DNA of 49,914 nucleotides from Octopus bimaculoides. Taxonomy: Eukaryota. Location: contig NC_068988.1 of NCBI RefSeq assembly GCF_001194135.2, forward strand, positions 70,499,085-70,548,998, read 5' to 3'. The position numbers and the translations under genes were made by a program. This document shows, piece by piece, positions 1 through 11,851 of the stretch (positions within the stretch are counted from its first letter, which is position 1; each line of letters begins with the position of its first letter). A model generated the notes under the pieces. It searched no databases. It had not been told where the DNA came from and worked only from the letters and a program-made list of their open reading frames with translations.

Positions 1-208
1 AATTTTTTGGTTCGTTTGTTTCCTCATTTTTTGGAAGCAGGAATGTTAAACCATTAACTAGCCAAGAAGGCATCAAACTAGGATTTTGCAAAACATCGTT
101 GTAAAGTTTTGTTAGCAGTTCATGGCTTTCTGGGAAGGCATTCAACCAGAAGTTAGGAATTTTATCCTTTCCTGGAGACTTCCATTTGCTTGACCTCCTG
201 AGAGCAGA
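1..208 (-). mobile_element. R4/Dong-like RLE LINE, 5'-truncated copy (start of RT region), continues beyond the window start
   Basis: 1-208 is a diverged copy of ~2360-2548 (e.g. ttgtaaagttttgttagcagtt and tctgggaaggcattcaaccaga in both), which lies in the early RT region of the adjacent R4-like element. Confidence 0.85.
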
Positions 209-225
209 TTATTATTATTATTATA

Positions 226-291
<66 letters not shown>

Positions 292-308
292 GTTGTTGTT
301 GTTATTAT
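209..308 (-). repeat. (TTA)n/(TTG)n microsatellite, the (TAA)n 3' tail of the R4-like LINE at 309-2700
   Basis: Direct reading; abuts the 3' UTR of the minus-strand LINE. Confidence 0.9.
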
Positions 309-2700
309 ATGTTTGACTTTTGCTTTATATTTGTACAAGTTGACTCCAAGTCTCATCCAGAGACCTCAAGGGACAACATGTTAGAAGTTCATGTTGGTGT
401 TATGCCTAGGGTGTCATATATTTGGTTTTGGACATTGTATTCTTCTAGAGAATGTTTAAGAGCACATAAGAAATTTATGGTGTTTGTTTTTAAATTTGAG
501 ATTACATAGACAGTATATTATCTAGGATATGGGCAGTTCCCATGTTTTTGGTAGGTCTTGACAGATACATTTTTGTCGATCGGGACAGTCATATCAATGA
601 TGAGGTAATGATTTTTGTCTGAAGTCTTTCAGTATAATGTCTAGCCTATTCGCATCTATCCTTCTGTCAGTTTGAATGGTGAAGTTCCAGAGGAGTGAAA
701 TGTGATCATTTTTAAGTACTGGAGTTGGTTTGTGTTCCCACCAGTTTTTATAATAGGGCCGGTCCAAGTTTTTGCAAATTACCCCCAAAATATATTGTGC
801 TGCTTTATCATGCCTGTTGAGATACACGGTAGGCGCAAGAAGGCTGCATATAGAGACAACATGATCAATGGTTTCATTTTTTTTTTGTTGTTCCCATACA
901 CGATATGTTGGGCTACTCTTGTTCTTTAATATGTTGGCCTGGTAGTTCCTTGTAGGTAGGCATTGATATTGGGCTGTTATGATAAACCCTTCTGCTTCTG
1001 ATTTTAAGCCAGAAGACATTAACCATTGACGGGTAAGGGATTTGTCAAAATCGGCACTACTAGCTTTTTTGGGGTATTTGTCATTGAGAGGTTATCTTGA
1101 CATTTATCAATTAGAATATCTAAAGCAGCAGTGTTAGCACAAGTTTTCATATGTTTAACTTTTTCTGTGCTTGTTTCTAGTATGTTTAATTCTGGAATCT
1201 TTTGTATTTCGAATTCACTTAGATATTCCTTTGCTTGAGTTTATCAGGTGGGTATGTGTCTAGGCCAATTCTGGCAATTTTCATTGTTAATTCCAGTTGT
1301 AAAAGCCCACGGCCACCCTCTTTGCTTGGGAGGTAAAGTCGTTCTATGTCTGGTCTGCCTTAGAGTGGTGCATTCAATGTGTTGTCAACAATTTTCGTAT
1401 TTTTCTCTCAAGATTACATATTTCAGTAATTGACGAGTTAATGATGTTGTAATTTATAAGTCGCGACCGGTATGGTTAAAGTATTGATCGATTCAATCAT
1501 GTTTCCTGCATTTAGCTCTGTCTTGAGTATTGCCTCTGCGATAACATTCTCTTCTGATCCTTTCCCTCATTGCTGAATGCTTGATTCCGTCACCTTCAAA
1601 TACCCCTAGGTATTTGTAGCTTTCAGCTCGCTGGTTCTAACTTCTTTATGACATTCTGCTGGTCAAGATTAACGTTGGATGTTTCTGTCATTTTACCTTT
1701 GATAAAGGTAGCTTTTGCACATTTATCAAAACCAAATTGCATCCTGATGTCATCACTGAATAGTTTAACAATCGCTAGTAAAACCTGTAGTTGGTTATTT
1801 TTTACAAAGAGCTTCAAATCATGCATACAAATGAGATGATTTATATTTTTATCAAACATTTTATACCCGTATTGTACATTATCGAGCAATTTCGAGAGAG
1901 GCATTAAGGCTAGACAAAAGAGGATTGGTGATAGAGAGTCACCCTGGAAAAGGCCACATGAAATTCCTACATCTCCAGCGATGGGAGATTCATTATCATT
2001 GTTCAACGTCAGTGTGGTTCTCCATGATCTCATACTTACAGATAAAAAAGTTTCGTAGAGTAGGAGCTATTTTATACATTTCCAGACATTTCCTAATCCA
2101 GCTATGTGGTAGACTATCAAAAGCTTTTTTACAGTCTATCCCGGCTATCGACAAGTTTTTGTGTCGTTTGTGACAATTTTCCTAAATCATCTTATTGATG
2201 AGTACCTGATCTTTGCAACCATAGAACCCACATTTACATACTTTTGCTCATTAGGGAATATGCCACTTTCTATTAAGAAACTATTGGTATTTTCAGTTAA
2301 GACAGATGTTAGTATTTTATACATTGTTGTTAAGCAGGAGGTTATGGGTGTATAATATTTTAGTTTATCTATTTCTTCATTTTTTGGAAGTAGGAATGTT
2401 ATACCATTAACTAACCGAGAAGGTGTCATACTAGGTTATTGCAAAACATTGTTGTAAAGTTTTGTTAGCAGTTTATGGCTCTCTGGGAAGGCATTCAACC
2501 AGATTTAAGAATGTTATCCTTTCTTGGAGACTTCCGTTTGTTTGATATCCTGAGATCAGATCTTACATCCTTTACCTTAATTCTAAGGAGTCTACGTCTG
2601 TAGATATTCTATTAATCCAAGGAGCCTTTTCATTGTGTGTTTTTTCTTCTGCCCAAATTTTATTCCAAAATTCCTGTACTTCTTTTGATGGGACAGACTT
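309..2700 (-). mobile_element. R4/Dong-clade non-LTR retrotransposon, 5'-truncated and decayed (RT, CCHC finger and restriction-like endonuclease remnants)
   Basis: Minus-strand peptides: EVQEFWNKIWAEEKTHNEKAPWI (~2600-2690); GITFLLPK..YTPITSCLTTMYKILTS; GLFQGDSLSPILFCLAL..INHLICMHDLKLF (YMDD decayed to CMHD); LKSEAEGFIITAQYQCLPTRNY..ETIDHVVSICSLLA..RHD..LLWNFTIQTDRRIDANRLDII; IDMTVPID; MGTAHIL at the ORF end. Many stops and frameshifts. Confidence 0.92.
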
Positions 2701-3128
2701 TACCCGGCTGAGTAATAATGCTTCTTCGTAACATTTCTATCCAGAATGGACTCTGCAATGGTACAAGACTGGAAGTAGTGGCCATAAATCGAGGCTTCCT
2801 TGATTAGCGGCTCACTAATTGACAGACGTATTCTCATCCCCAGAATAAAGCTTGCTCCAAGCGACCCTAACTTGCCAATCATCTTGCAGAGACCCCACTT
2901 TGCTGTCCGTTTGTCATTTGCCATGACTATTAACAAGTCACAGGGGCAGACATCTGAGAAGGTTGGATTGTTCTTACTTCAGTCAGTGTTCAGTCACGGG
3001 CAGTAGTATGTGCTCGCAAACTCTCAGATGTAAGGGTGAAGGTGATGGAGACAGACAGACAGACAAAGGAGGAGAAGAGGCCGAACTGTTACTAAGAAAA
3101 TTGTCTGCCGAGAAGTACTGACTTCTAG
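2701..3128 (+). mobile_element. Helitron Rep/helicase fragment (C-terminal PIF1-type helicase motifs), decayed
   Basis: Translates to MLLRNISIQNGLCNGTRL and RILIPRIKLAPSDPNLPIILQRPHFAVRLSFAMTINKSQGQTSEKVGLFLLQSVFSHGQ*Y, matching Helitron PIF1 motifs (FAMTINKSQGQT, VFSHGQLYV). Confidence 0.88.
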
Positions 3129-3819
3129 GAGAGACATATTTTCAGAAAGTCTGGAGACCCTTGATTGCATTAGGTATGTGTCCTTGGTTTATATGTACAC
3201 TCACAGACACACACACACATACACACGCACAAGCATATATATATAAATATATATATATGTATGTATGTATGTATGTATGCATGTATGTATATGAAATGAA
3301 TATCTTTCAAAAGAGGAAACTATTTATATGTATCATGTATTATATAGTTTTGTACATATATATAGGTCAATTGTTTTCGGTATTTATATCGGAGTAAATT
3401 GGCATGGCTCTCTGTTGGGAGGTGGGAGTACCACGGTCTGATTGGCATTGCCAGTCTTTGCACACATGGTGGACACTCACAGGTATCTCTATGTGTTGTC
3501 TATTTTCCCAGCCTATGAGTATTGTATGTTAAAAAAGGATAGAATTAATAGCTAAATTTTATGTATTTGTAAATAGAACTGCATAAATATACATAATTTT
3601 AGTATTTACTGCTTAAGTATATTATTCTATTTTATATGCAGAGATTTTAATTACTCCTTTCTCCAATGCGTTATTTTTATACATACATATATGTAGAAAA
3701 AAGTTTATTATTTACTCAACATTCTATCAATCGGTTCGTGGAAATTCCTCGGGTCCCTCTAGCTATTATTATTATTGTCATTTGTATTATCATTGTTGTT
3801 GTTGTTACTATTATTATTA

Positions 3820-4020
3820 AGGTTGCAAGCTGGCAGAATTGTTAGCACACCGAACAATGTTCATAATGGCATTTCGTTCCTGAGTTCAGATGCCCCTGAA
3901 GGCGACTGAGCCTTTCATCATTTCGGGCCGATTAATTGTCAGTTAAGCAATGGGGTCGATGTAATTAACTACTCCCTTTCTTCAGAATTTCAAGCCTTGT
4001 GTCTTTAGTAGAAAGGATTA
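3820..4020 (+). mobile_element. tRNA-derived SINE, family A, copy 1 of a tandem cluster
   Basis: Head gctggcagaattgttagcacacc, core gcctttcatcatttcgggccg and tggggtcgatgtaat, tail gccttgtgtctttagtagaaaggatt; similar to copies at 14454, 20198 and 48496. Confidence 0.8.
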
Positions 4021-4023
4021 TAA

Positions 4024-4036
4024 CAATTATTATTAT

Positions 4037-4103
<67 letters not shown>
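4024..4103 (+). repeat. (TTA)n(CTA)n microsatellite between SINE copies
   Basis: Direct reading. Confidence 0.95.
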
Positions 4104-4104
<1 letters not shown>

Positions 4105-4325
4105 AGACGGCGAGCTGACAGGATCGTTAGCACACCGGACAAAGTTATTTGCAGCATCTGTCCTTCGTTACGTTCTGTGTTCAAATTCTACCGAGGGCAC
4201 TTTTGCCTCTCATCCTTCTGGCGTTAATAAAATAAGTACAGTTGTGAACTGCGATCAATGTAATCGATTACCACCCTATTCCACCAAAATTTCCTATCTT
4301 ATGTCTCTAGTAGAAAGGATTACTA
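4104..4325 (+). mobile_element. SINE family A, copy 2
   Basis: ggcgagctgacaggatcgttagcacaccggac..cgttctgtgttcaaattctaccgagg..tctctagtagaaaggatt. Confidence 0.85.
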
Positions 4326-4332
4326 TTTCTAT

Positions 4333-4447
4333 GAAGGCGGCGAAAATGACAAACATTAGCACACCTGGCGAAATGCTTAACGGCATCTCGTCTTTATTTA
4401 CCCACTCCCCAGATTTGCTGGCCTTGTATCAAAATTTGAAATCATGA
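4333..4447 (+). mobile_element. SINE family A, copy 3 (internally deleted, alternative 3' tail)
   Basis: gaaggcggcga..ttagcacacctggcgaaatgcttaacggcat joined directly to tail tttgctggccttgtatcaaaatttgaaatc. Confidence 0.75.
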
Positions 4448-4459
4448 TCAATAGTAGCA

Positions 4460-4625
4460 AGGTGCCGTGATAGCAGAATCGTTAGCAGGAGAAATGTTTA
4501 GCAGCATTTCGTCCTTTATTAAGTTCTGAGTTGAAGTTCCGCCGACCGTCAACTTTGCTTTTGAACCTTTTGGGGTCGATAACATGAATACCATCTAATC
4601 GACTTACCTCTCCTCTACAAAAATC
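4460..4625 (+). mobile_element. SINE family A, copy 4
   Basis: gcagaatcgttagc..gcatttcgtcc..gttctgagttgaagttccgccg..ggggtcgataa..taatcgacttacc. Confidence 0.8.
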
Positions 4626-4643
4626 CTCCTCCTCCTCCTCCTC

Positions 4644-4806
4644 NNNNNNNNNNNNNNNNNNNNNNNNNNNNNNNNNNNNNNNNNNNNNNNNNNNNNNNNN
4701 NNNNNNNNNNNNNNNNNNNNNNNNNNNNNNNNNNNNNNNNNNNNNNNNNNNNNNNNNNNNNNNNNNNNNNNNNNNNNNNNNNNNNNNNNNNNNNNNNNNN
4801 NNNNNN
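4644..4806. other. Assembly gap (N run) between (CCT)n and (CTT)/(TTA)n microsatellites
   Basis: Direct reading. Confidence 1.
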
Positions 4807-4818
4807 CTTCTTCTTCTA

Positions 4819-4872
<54 letters not shown>

Positions 4873-4875
4873 ATT

Positions 4876-4911
<36 letters not shown>

Positions 4912-5199
4912 GTCGTCGTCGTCATTATTATTATTCGTTCTAGCTGAAAGCATTCCTTCCTCTCGTAATATTATTGCTTTAATTTTTGTCTCCAAATGTT
5001 TTTAATTGCAAAGGTTTAGTTACTTTGTTTGGCGTCTTTGAGAGCTCAACTTCGAAAAGAAGACTTTCATTTTAGTTTAGAAAAATAATTTTAAAAACAA
5101 ACGAGTCAACATCAGAATTACTGAAAGACATTTGAAGAGGAAGTAAGAGGTACCTTTGATATTGAGTTACAAGAGTTCTCCGTCTTCTACCGACAAATC

Positions 5200-8100
5200 G
5201 AAGGAGAGATCAGCACTCAGCAACTTCAAAGTACAGTAGACCACTATGACAGCAAACGGCAGCAACAACAGCTACAGTGACAACACAGCAAGGGAAATGT
5301 AATTCTAAATATGAAGCTGAATACCTCACAATAAGTGAGAAATTACAAGACATCAACTAACAGCGACAACAATAAAACTCAGAGCACGGACACTACCAAC
5401 TGCACCGCTACCTTCACTACTACCACCCCAAACTCCACCCTCACCGCCACTGCTGAAACTAACTTTATGTTAGAGGGAAAAATAACCAGTAGTAGCCTCG
5501 TCACCTTAAACGATACCATTATTTCCGACGTGAATAATGACTACATCAACAACAAGAGAAGCAATAATACGTTTGCAGCAGCAGCTGCGAAGAAACTGAT
5601 AGGGCTGGGAAAAGCGCTGGGGAATAAAGCCATCCTCACAGAGGTGTTGGCAAGAACATAAAAATAAGCAGTAATTTATAAATGTTTCCATAAACACAAA
5701 GCAGCCTGAGGCGGTTAGTCAGGTAGACGTGGAAGGCACACTAAAAGAAATGATGTCTGGCAATCAGTATATATCGAAAGCTAAGAAATTTGTGGGCATT
5801 TCAGTGCTCTTCAAGACTGAAGCGTTGGTCAACCAATACTCTGGTTCCCTGTCAAAGCGAATAATATGAGCTCCATCCATCGCATTTAGGAAGGAGGACA
5901 GCGAGATTGAAGATCTCAGAAATTTCGTCTGAAGTATATGCATGGAGGATTTTAGTATGCATGGTTTTGGAAGGGAGTAAGAGCCTCTTGGAGGTGAAGC
6001 GGACCTTTGTTGAAAATGATCTGGTATCAGTATGGTGGTGCTACGCTGCATCAAACCAGACATGATCCACAATAATCTACATCTCATTCAACTTCCTGGA
6101 GGGAAGAGCTACATAATACGATTGGGGGTTGAAAGCCTCGGTGCTACCTAACATGAGAAGGTAGACTGGACACTTGAGAGCTTTCTGCCCCTAAATGAAG
6201 ACAGGGAAGCATAGAATCATCTTCCAGCCAACGATAGATCCACAAAAGCCACACAATCTAAACCTACAATGATCAACAACAAAAGCAACACCTACTTCCC
6301 AAACACCGGCATCATCAACCTCAGGAACAAGAGATGAAAAAACACTGGAAGAACACCAGATTTTGGCCAACAAAGGTGTTAACCAAGACGTTTGGATTTG
6401 TCGTCGATAATCTTGGTGATGCGAAGACTTGTGCTATCCCAAACAGATCAATCCACGACGACCTCCACTCATGCGCTACATCATAGAGAGGGTAGGTAAG
6501 GAACTTGGCATGGGTAGGGCTCTGATCAGATTACATCCATCAAAAGCTTTTGGTAGGGTCAACGACCAATATTTGGAGACTCTCCTCGCAGCAGCCGTTT
6601 TCAGAGACTGGATCGCTGTTTGGTACAGAATCGGTTGTTTGCTGTTCAAAGTAAATGACTACCGAAAGGAATCATTTAGTATCGCACTGTTGGTTCATCA
6701 GCCATGCCCTCTCTTAACCCTATTGCACGTGCTGGCTCTCGAGCGATTTCTGCAAAAGTTGGATGTTTCGAGGGACATCCCGCATGAACTAGGATGCAGA
6801 AGGTTCGTGTGGGCTTATGCGGACGACGTCACCGTAATAGCGTCGAACATCTCGAAAATCAAGGTAATCAGCATTGCCGTGAGTACAAAGCGGGGACAGG
6901 AGCATAGATTAATCAGAAGTCAGTAGGCCTGCAGCTCAGCACCTACAAATGCAGGTCCATACTGTTTGACAGCGTCGTGGATTGCTGGACGGAAAGACCT
7001 GTCAAATTGCTCGGTTTAGTTTGGACCTCCAGGCGAACAAGAGGGAGGTCACGAGCAGCGTGGCTAGTCTCACTGAGAAATGGGCAAATGGGAAGCTGTC
7101 CCTAAAGGGTAGGATGAAGACACCGAATGCGTGTATCACTTTCTTCCTCTACTACTGCCTGGCCATCATCCGTTGTCCTCCTTTGTGGCTGATAAATTTC
7201 GAGGGCTTGCTCTTCCGCTTTCGGTGGAAGGGATGTGTTTCACTCGTCAAACGGTCCATTTGCCGCCAGCAGCCGCTGAATGGAGGAGGGGCTAGTTAAT
7301 GATGCGCAGACATGCTCTGAGGTTGTGAAGCTCCAGAGTTTCCTTAATGGTGAGTGGGTGTAGTTGTCATGCGTTAGCCGGGGTTTCCCACAGTTCGTCT
7401 CATTGACTGAGTTACAGTCTGGGATCGAGCGTAAACCGAGGTAGGGCAGCTAATGCTCACAGTTCTCTTCCAGTCCGACAATGCGGCCGGTGAAATTCCA
7501 CATTAGAGTACTATAGGGGATTAATGGTGGACAAGTGTGATGATGTCCTCGTGGAAACTCTGAGCATCGGGAGGGATAAATTAGCTGGCCTTTTCCGGAG
7601 GGCATTCTTACCGGAGCCTAGAAATAATTCCCAGAAATCCCTGGATTTTCAGTGCTACCGGGGAACTCTGCCGGTTCGAGACAAGCTGTACAGGCGCGGA
7701 AGTATTGTCAGACAGACATCTTCAAGATGAAACCGTTCTGCATGCATTAGTCCAATATCGTGGCATTGCTGTCTTGTGGTGCCTTGTCGAACTGGTGTTG
7801 ACGATTGCAGGACGGCTCCGGATATCCGTTGAGTTCATCGTGAGGATCGATCAAGCCGTTGCCTTCTTTTGGCTGGGAAGGGGAAGCGGTTTCCATCTAT
7901 CTGGTGGCTATTGCAGAAGAGGTAGTGTGGTAAACGAGGCTAGAAGGACTGAAGATAGATATTTCCTCTTCGGCAAAGCTCTCATCAACTTTTTCAAGTT
8001 CACTGGAAAAGAAAGATGAGGATGGAAGGGGAAGTGCTGCCCCTGATGATTTTGTTGAAAGGTGAGTGAATGTTGCGAGTATGACCCGTGGGAATGGGCC

Positions 8101-8350
8101 TACTCTAACCATACACTTGTAAGCCGTAGGGTTTGAGAAGTAGAGAGTAATTTGCTCAGGTGTCCTTGGTGGTCAGGGTAACCAGGATGTATCAGGTGCT
8201 TGGTGGTCCCTGTGCGGAACTCCACGCTTGTGGGGAATTTTGTAACTGAATCTTTTGTTGATTGTTTTTGTTATTTTGTTTTGTGCTGCATTCCACTGCA
8301 TTCCACTCGTTCCTTGTTTTGTATTGTCCATTTTTGTTTTGCCTTTGACC
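5200..8350 (+). mobile_element. L1/Tx1-like LINE, decayed: ORF1 remnant with zinc knuckle, RT and C-terminal domain; AP endonuclease not detected
   Basis: ORF1-like TFAAAAAKK..AVIYKCF..QPEAVSQVDVEGTL..YISKAKKFVGISVLFKTE, and GHLRAFCP at ~6167-6190. RT: KVLTKTFGFVVDNLGDAKTCAIPNRSIHDDLH, SKAFGRVNDQYL, PCPLLTLLHVLALE, AYADDVTV. Downstream LSLKGR..FRWKG..PLNGG, QKSL..QCYRGTLPVRDKL, DETVLHALVQ. Confidence 0.85.
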
Positions 8351-8474
8351 CAAGATGAAACCGTTCTGCATGCATTAGTCCAATATCGTGGCATTGCTGT
8401 CTTCTGGTGCCTTGTCGAACTGGTGTTGACGATTGCAGGACGGCTCCGGATATCCGTTGAGTTCATCGTGAGGA
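8351..8474 (+). repeat. 124-bp near-identical duplicate of 7723-7846
   Basis: caagatgaaaccgttctgc..ttcatcgtgagga occurs twice with a single mismatch (gtcttgtgg vs gtcttctgg). Confidence 0.95.
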
Positions 8475-8482
8475 AAGATTAC

Positions 8483-8515
8483 TATCATCATTATTATTAT
8501 TATTATTATTATTAT

Positions 8516-8566
<51 letters not shown>

Positions 8567-8567
8567 C
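8483..8567 (+). repeat. (TAT)n(TAG)n microsatellite
   Basis: Direct reading. Confidence 0.95.
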
Positions 8568-9641
8568 AAGATCTACAGCCCAGACTTGGTACTACCATAT
8601 CGTCACATTTCCTGTAAGGTATACGGTTCAAGAATGTGAATTACTGTTGAAACTATATGCAGGAAATGTTTGGCTTCTAAAGCAGCCAAATGTCATAAGC
8701 GTGGAAGTGAGCTTCTAGAACAACGATGGCGACAGACAATAGAATATTACGAGATATATTTCGAAGAACAGACGCTTTTCGTGTGTAATTTGTTTCAACT
8801 ATTAATTAACGCTCGAAATACGAAAAATATTTGACTCAGCCTGGTATAATTGAATGGAGCGGTAGAAATCCCATCGAAGGTACAGTTATTACTCTAGTAC
8901 ATATTTGAATGTTTAAACTTAATTTGGTGAGGTAGCTAATACATAGTACATACCATACTCAGGTAAACATTGTGATCATAAATTCAAGCCATGAATTTAA
9001 TACGTTCTAACATTGAACATTTTTAGGGCTTAAGCTTCCTCCGCTGTCTTTCTTAGTACTAATAGCTCTAACAGCCTCACTTTATATCCTAACCGTGTAA
9101 AATGCAGCATATAACCGTCCATAGCTAAATACCGATTTGTGGTAAGTAAATCCTTATCTTATTAAGCACTTGCACTCGTGATTTTGTGTTTTATCAGTTA
9201 TGCTTGAATAAGCTAATCAAACAGGAAACTGAATTCTCTAAACAGTAAACGGCAAATTTGTATCACTTAGTCCAATTCAGCTCTAGCTATTAGCGTTCAC
9301 CTACCTGGTAAAGTACCACTTACTAACAAACATCCAAAGTAATTACTAGTTATGTCAACAATTTGTAGTCTAGTTCCATTCATTACAAGGCATAGCTGAA
9401 TTCACATATTATGTAACAGCATTACATGTGATCCTATTTTAAAATTCAATCCATGCAGTAGCACGTAAAGATAGTGTAAATCAGTTAAACAATTTTAATG
9501 CCTAATATTCATTATCTACCTGATTATCACTAACTGTTTGATCAATGCTAAAATACGTTTGGACATTTAATGGCAGTTGTTCTAAAATACCATTTAAAGG
9601 TAGGTAGGTAGATCGAGTTCTTACAGCAAAATATTGCATAC

Positions 9642-9818
9642 GGCAGGTAAATGTATGGCTGTGTGGTAATAAGCTCGCTTTCCAATCACGCGGTTCCAGG
9701 TTCAGTCCCACTAAGTGGCATCCTAGGGAAGTTTTTCTGCTATAGCCTCGAGCCGACCAAAGCCTTGTGAGTGGATTTGGTAGACGGAAAGAAACCCGTC
9801 GCATGTGTGTATTTGTGT

Positions 9819-9858
<40 letters not shown>

Positions 9859-10099
9859 GTGTGTGTGCGCGCGTGTGTGTGTGCGTGTGTGTATGTGTGT
9901 GTGTGTGCGCGCGTGTGTGTGTGTGTCTTTGTATCGTGTTTGTTCCCCACCACCGTTTGACAACCGGTATTGTAATGTCTACGTCCCCGTAAATTTGCGG
10001 TTCGTCAAAAAAGTACTGAGGTCAATTCATTCTTCAAGATTCTACCCCAGCGTGGCTGCAGTCTCATGGCTGAAATAAGTAAAGGACAGATGATAAAAG
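9642..10099 (+). mobile_element. tRNA-derived SINE, family B, with internal (TG)n
   Basis: A-box-like tggctgtgtggtaa, B-box-like ggttcagtccc, gccgaccaaagccttgtgagtggatttggtagacggaa, internal (TG)n, end cagcgtggctgcagtc..tgaaataagtaaa; homologous to 24571-25578. Confidence 0.88.
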
Positions 10100-10961
10100 A
10101 TTGCTCCTTTTCCGCAGATGCGTCATGCAAATATTATGTACGATTACCTCTTCCCTAGATGTTTCATCCGACTTGTAATTTTTCATCACGTTCATTGAAC
10201 ATACATTGTTAAGAATTTCAAAATACAAGTAGAAGCGTAAGTTTTCACTTTCATGGTTAAGCTCGAATCACTTGAAGAGTTTGTTCACTTGAAAAATACT
10301 TTCTATGTTGGTAATGAACTTAAAAGGCTAAGCTTTAGAAAATGTGGACTTATTATATATCATATAGTGAGATAACTTCCATGTGGCTTCTAGGACAAGT
10401 AAGACTTATAACTTATATACGAGACAATTCGAACTTAATTTTCTCATCTTCAACAAACCTTTCGCAAGTAGATACACTTTATTTCAACAGAAACTTAGTA
10501 ATGAAATTAGTGAATTTTTTTATACTTTAACACATGAAAATATTTCAAATTTTGTATGCACAAGAAATTTATTTCTCCAACAGGAAGACATTTTACAGCA
10601 ATACTTGTGATCGCTTACATAATGGAATGTGAAACGCACTCTAATTACGTTATTACGTCTTCGCTGTTATTGCTAATCATTTACATTAGACATCTATTGT
10701 CGAAGGTTTTTCTCTACGTTATTTCAAAAATTTTTCTTGTGTCTAAATGTTTCCTTTTCTATACAAAAAGAAACAGTATTATTAATACATCATATTCTAA
10801 GTACGATTATTTTTTTCCAAGATTCTGCAATGAAAATGTTTTCATTGGATATTGCTGTATAAATGTCATCTGCATTTCTAATTTTGCTCTCTCAGTTCGG
10901 AATTTCGGTTTACAAGTGATTTTCACTATAACCTTCTAGGGCGACTAATTCCTTATGAGTG

Positions 10962-11170
10962 AATTTAGAAGACGGAGATTGTGGGGATAGTCATCATGCG
11001 TGCAGATGTATCTTTGTCTTTGCCCACCCATAGCTTGACAAATGGTATAAGTTTGTTTTTGTCCCCAGAACTTAGTGGTTTGGTAAAATGAGAAGTACAG
11101 AATAAGTATCACCTTTAAGCTATATACTAGCGCCGATTGATTCTTCCAAAATTCTTTGAGACAGTATCCT
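10962..11170 (+). mobile_element. SINE family B, degraded 5'-truncated copy
   Basis: gtgaatttagaagacgga..gcttgacaa..gtccccagaacttagtggtttggtaaaa..agaataagta. Confidence 0.55.
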
Positions 11171-11851
11171 AATATGGATACAAATATGCAAAAGAATTAA
11201 AACCTGCCGTTTAGTCTGGGTGATATTCCAATGTTACATTCTGCTGTAAATTATTCTCAGTTTCTAGGCTCCGCTAATTACTTGTGTAAGAATGTTTAAA
11301 AATGCCTGGGTTAATAAATTTTGCTGCTACTGCCATAGCATTTTCAAAATAAGTTTTGTAGTAATTAAGTGGACAGTAGAAATGAGGATTATTCCAACTG
11401 AGCTGCAAACGACAGTCGTTACATATCACACGAAATGTTCTTTTTGGGTGGGGATAGCCATTCTAATGATAAAATGAACCCATGCCTAAACTTGAGATGA
11501 AGCCCGTAAAATTGTTACATAGATGCTGAGCTGAGATCACGTGTCTTGTGAACTTCATGGTGCTCGATTACAATTAACCACTCAAATTCTTCGTTAGAAA
11601 AATGTAGCAGGTTACACCATTAGCATCACAAATAGGTTGTTAATTTGGCAGATATATTTCTTAAATAAAATTCAACATCCCTGTTCTCAGGAGAAACTCC
11701 ATTTTCACTAATAAATGCAGCATCAATTTCTTTAAACGATGGCAAGTTATACTATTTATTTCTAGATATCGATTGAAACTAAGTTCTACATTACGAAGAA
11801 AGTCATTACCTTGATTTGCACGTGCATCTCCAAAATCTATCCAGGGTTATT

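Noticed and set aside
162-509. Poly-I, poly-Y, poly-N and HT/CV-repeat ORFs here and throughout the ORF track
   Set aside because: They are translations of microsatellites, not proteins.
3108-3128. agaagt-actg-acttct-ag as the Helitron 3' terminus
   Set aside because: The stem is only 6 bp and overlaps the CTAG, and CTAG is followed by G, not T.
5764-6087. 107-aa minus-strand ORF
   Set aside because: It is antisense to the plus-strand LINE ORF1 remnant, which carries the recognisable motifs.
9642-9730. tRNA-like A and B boxes as a tRNA gene (also in other SINE heads)
   Set aside because: No complete cloverleaf; the sequence continues into a SINE body repeated elsewhere in the window.
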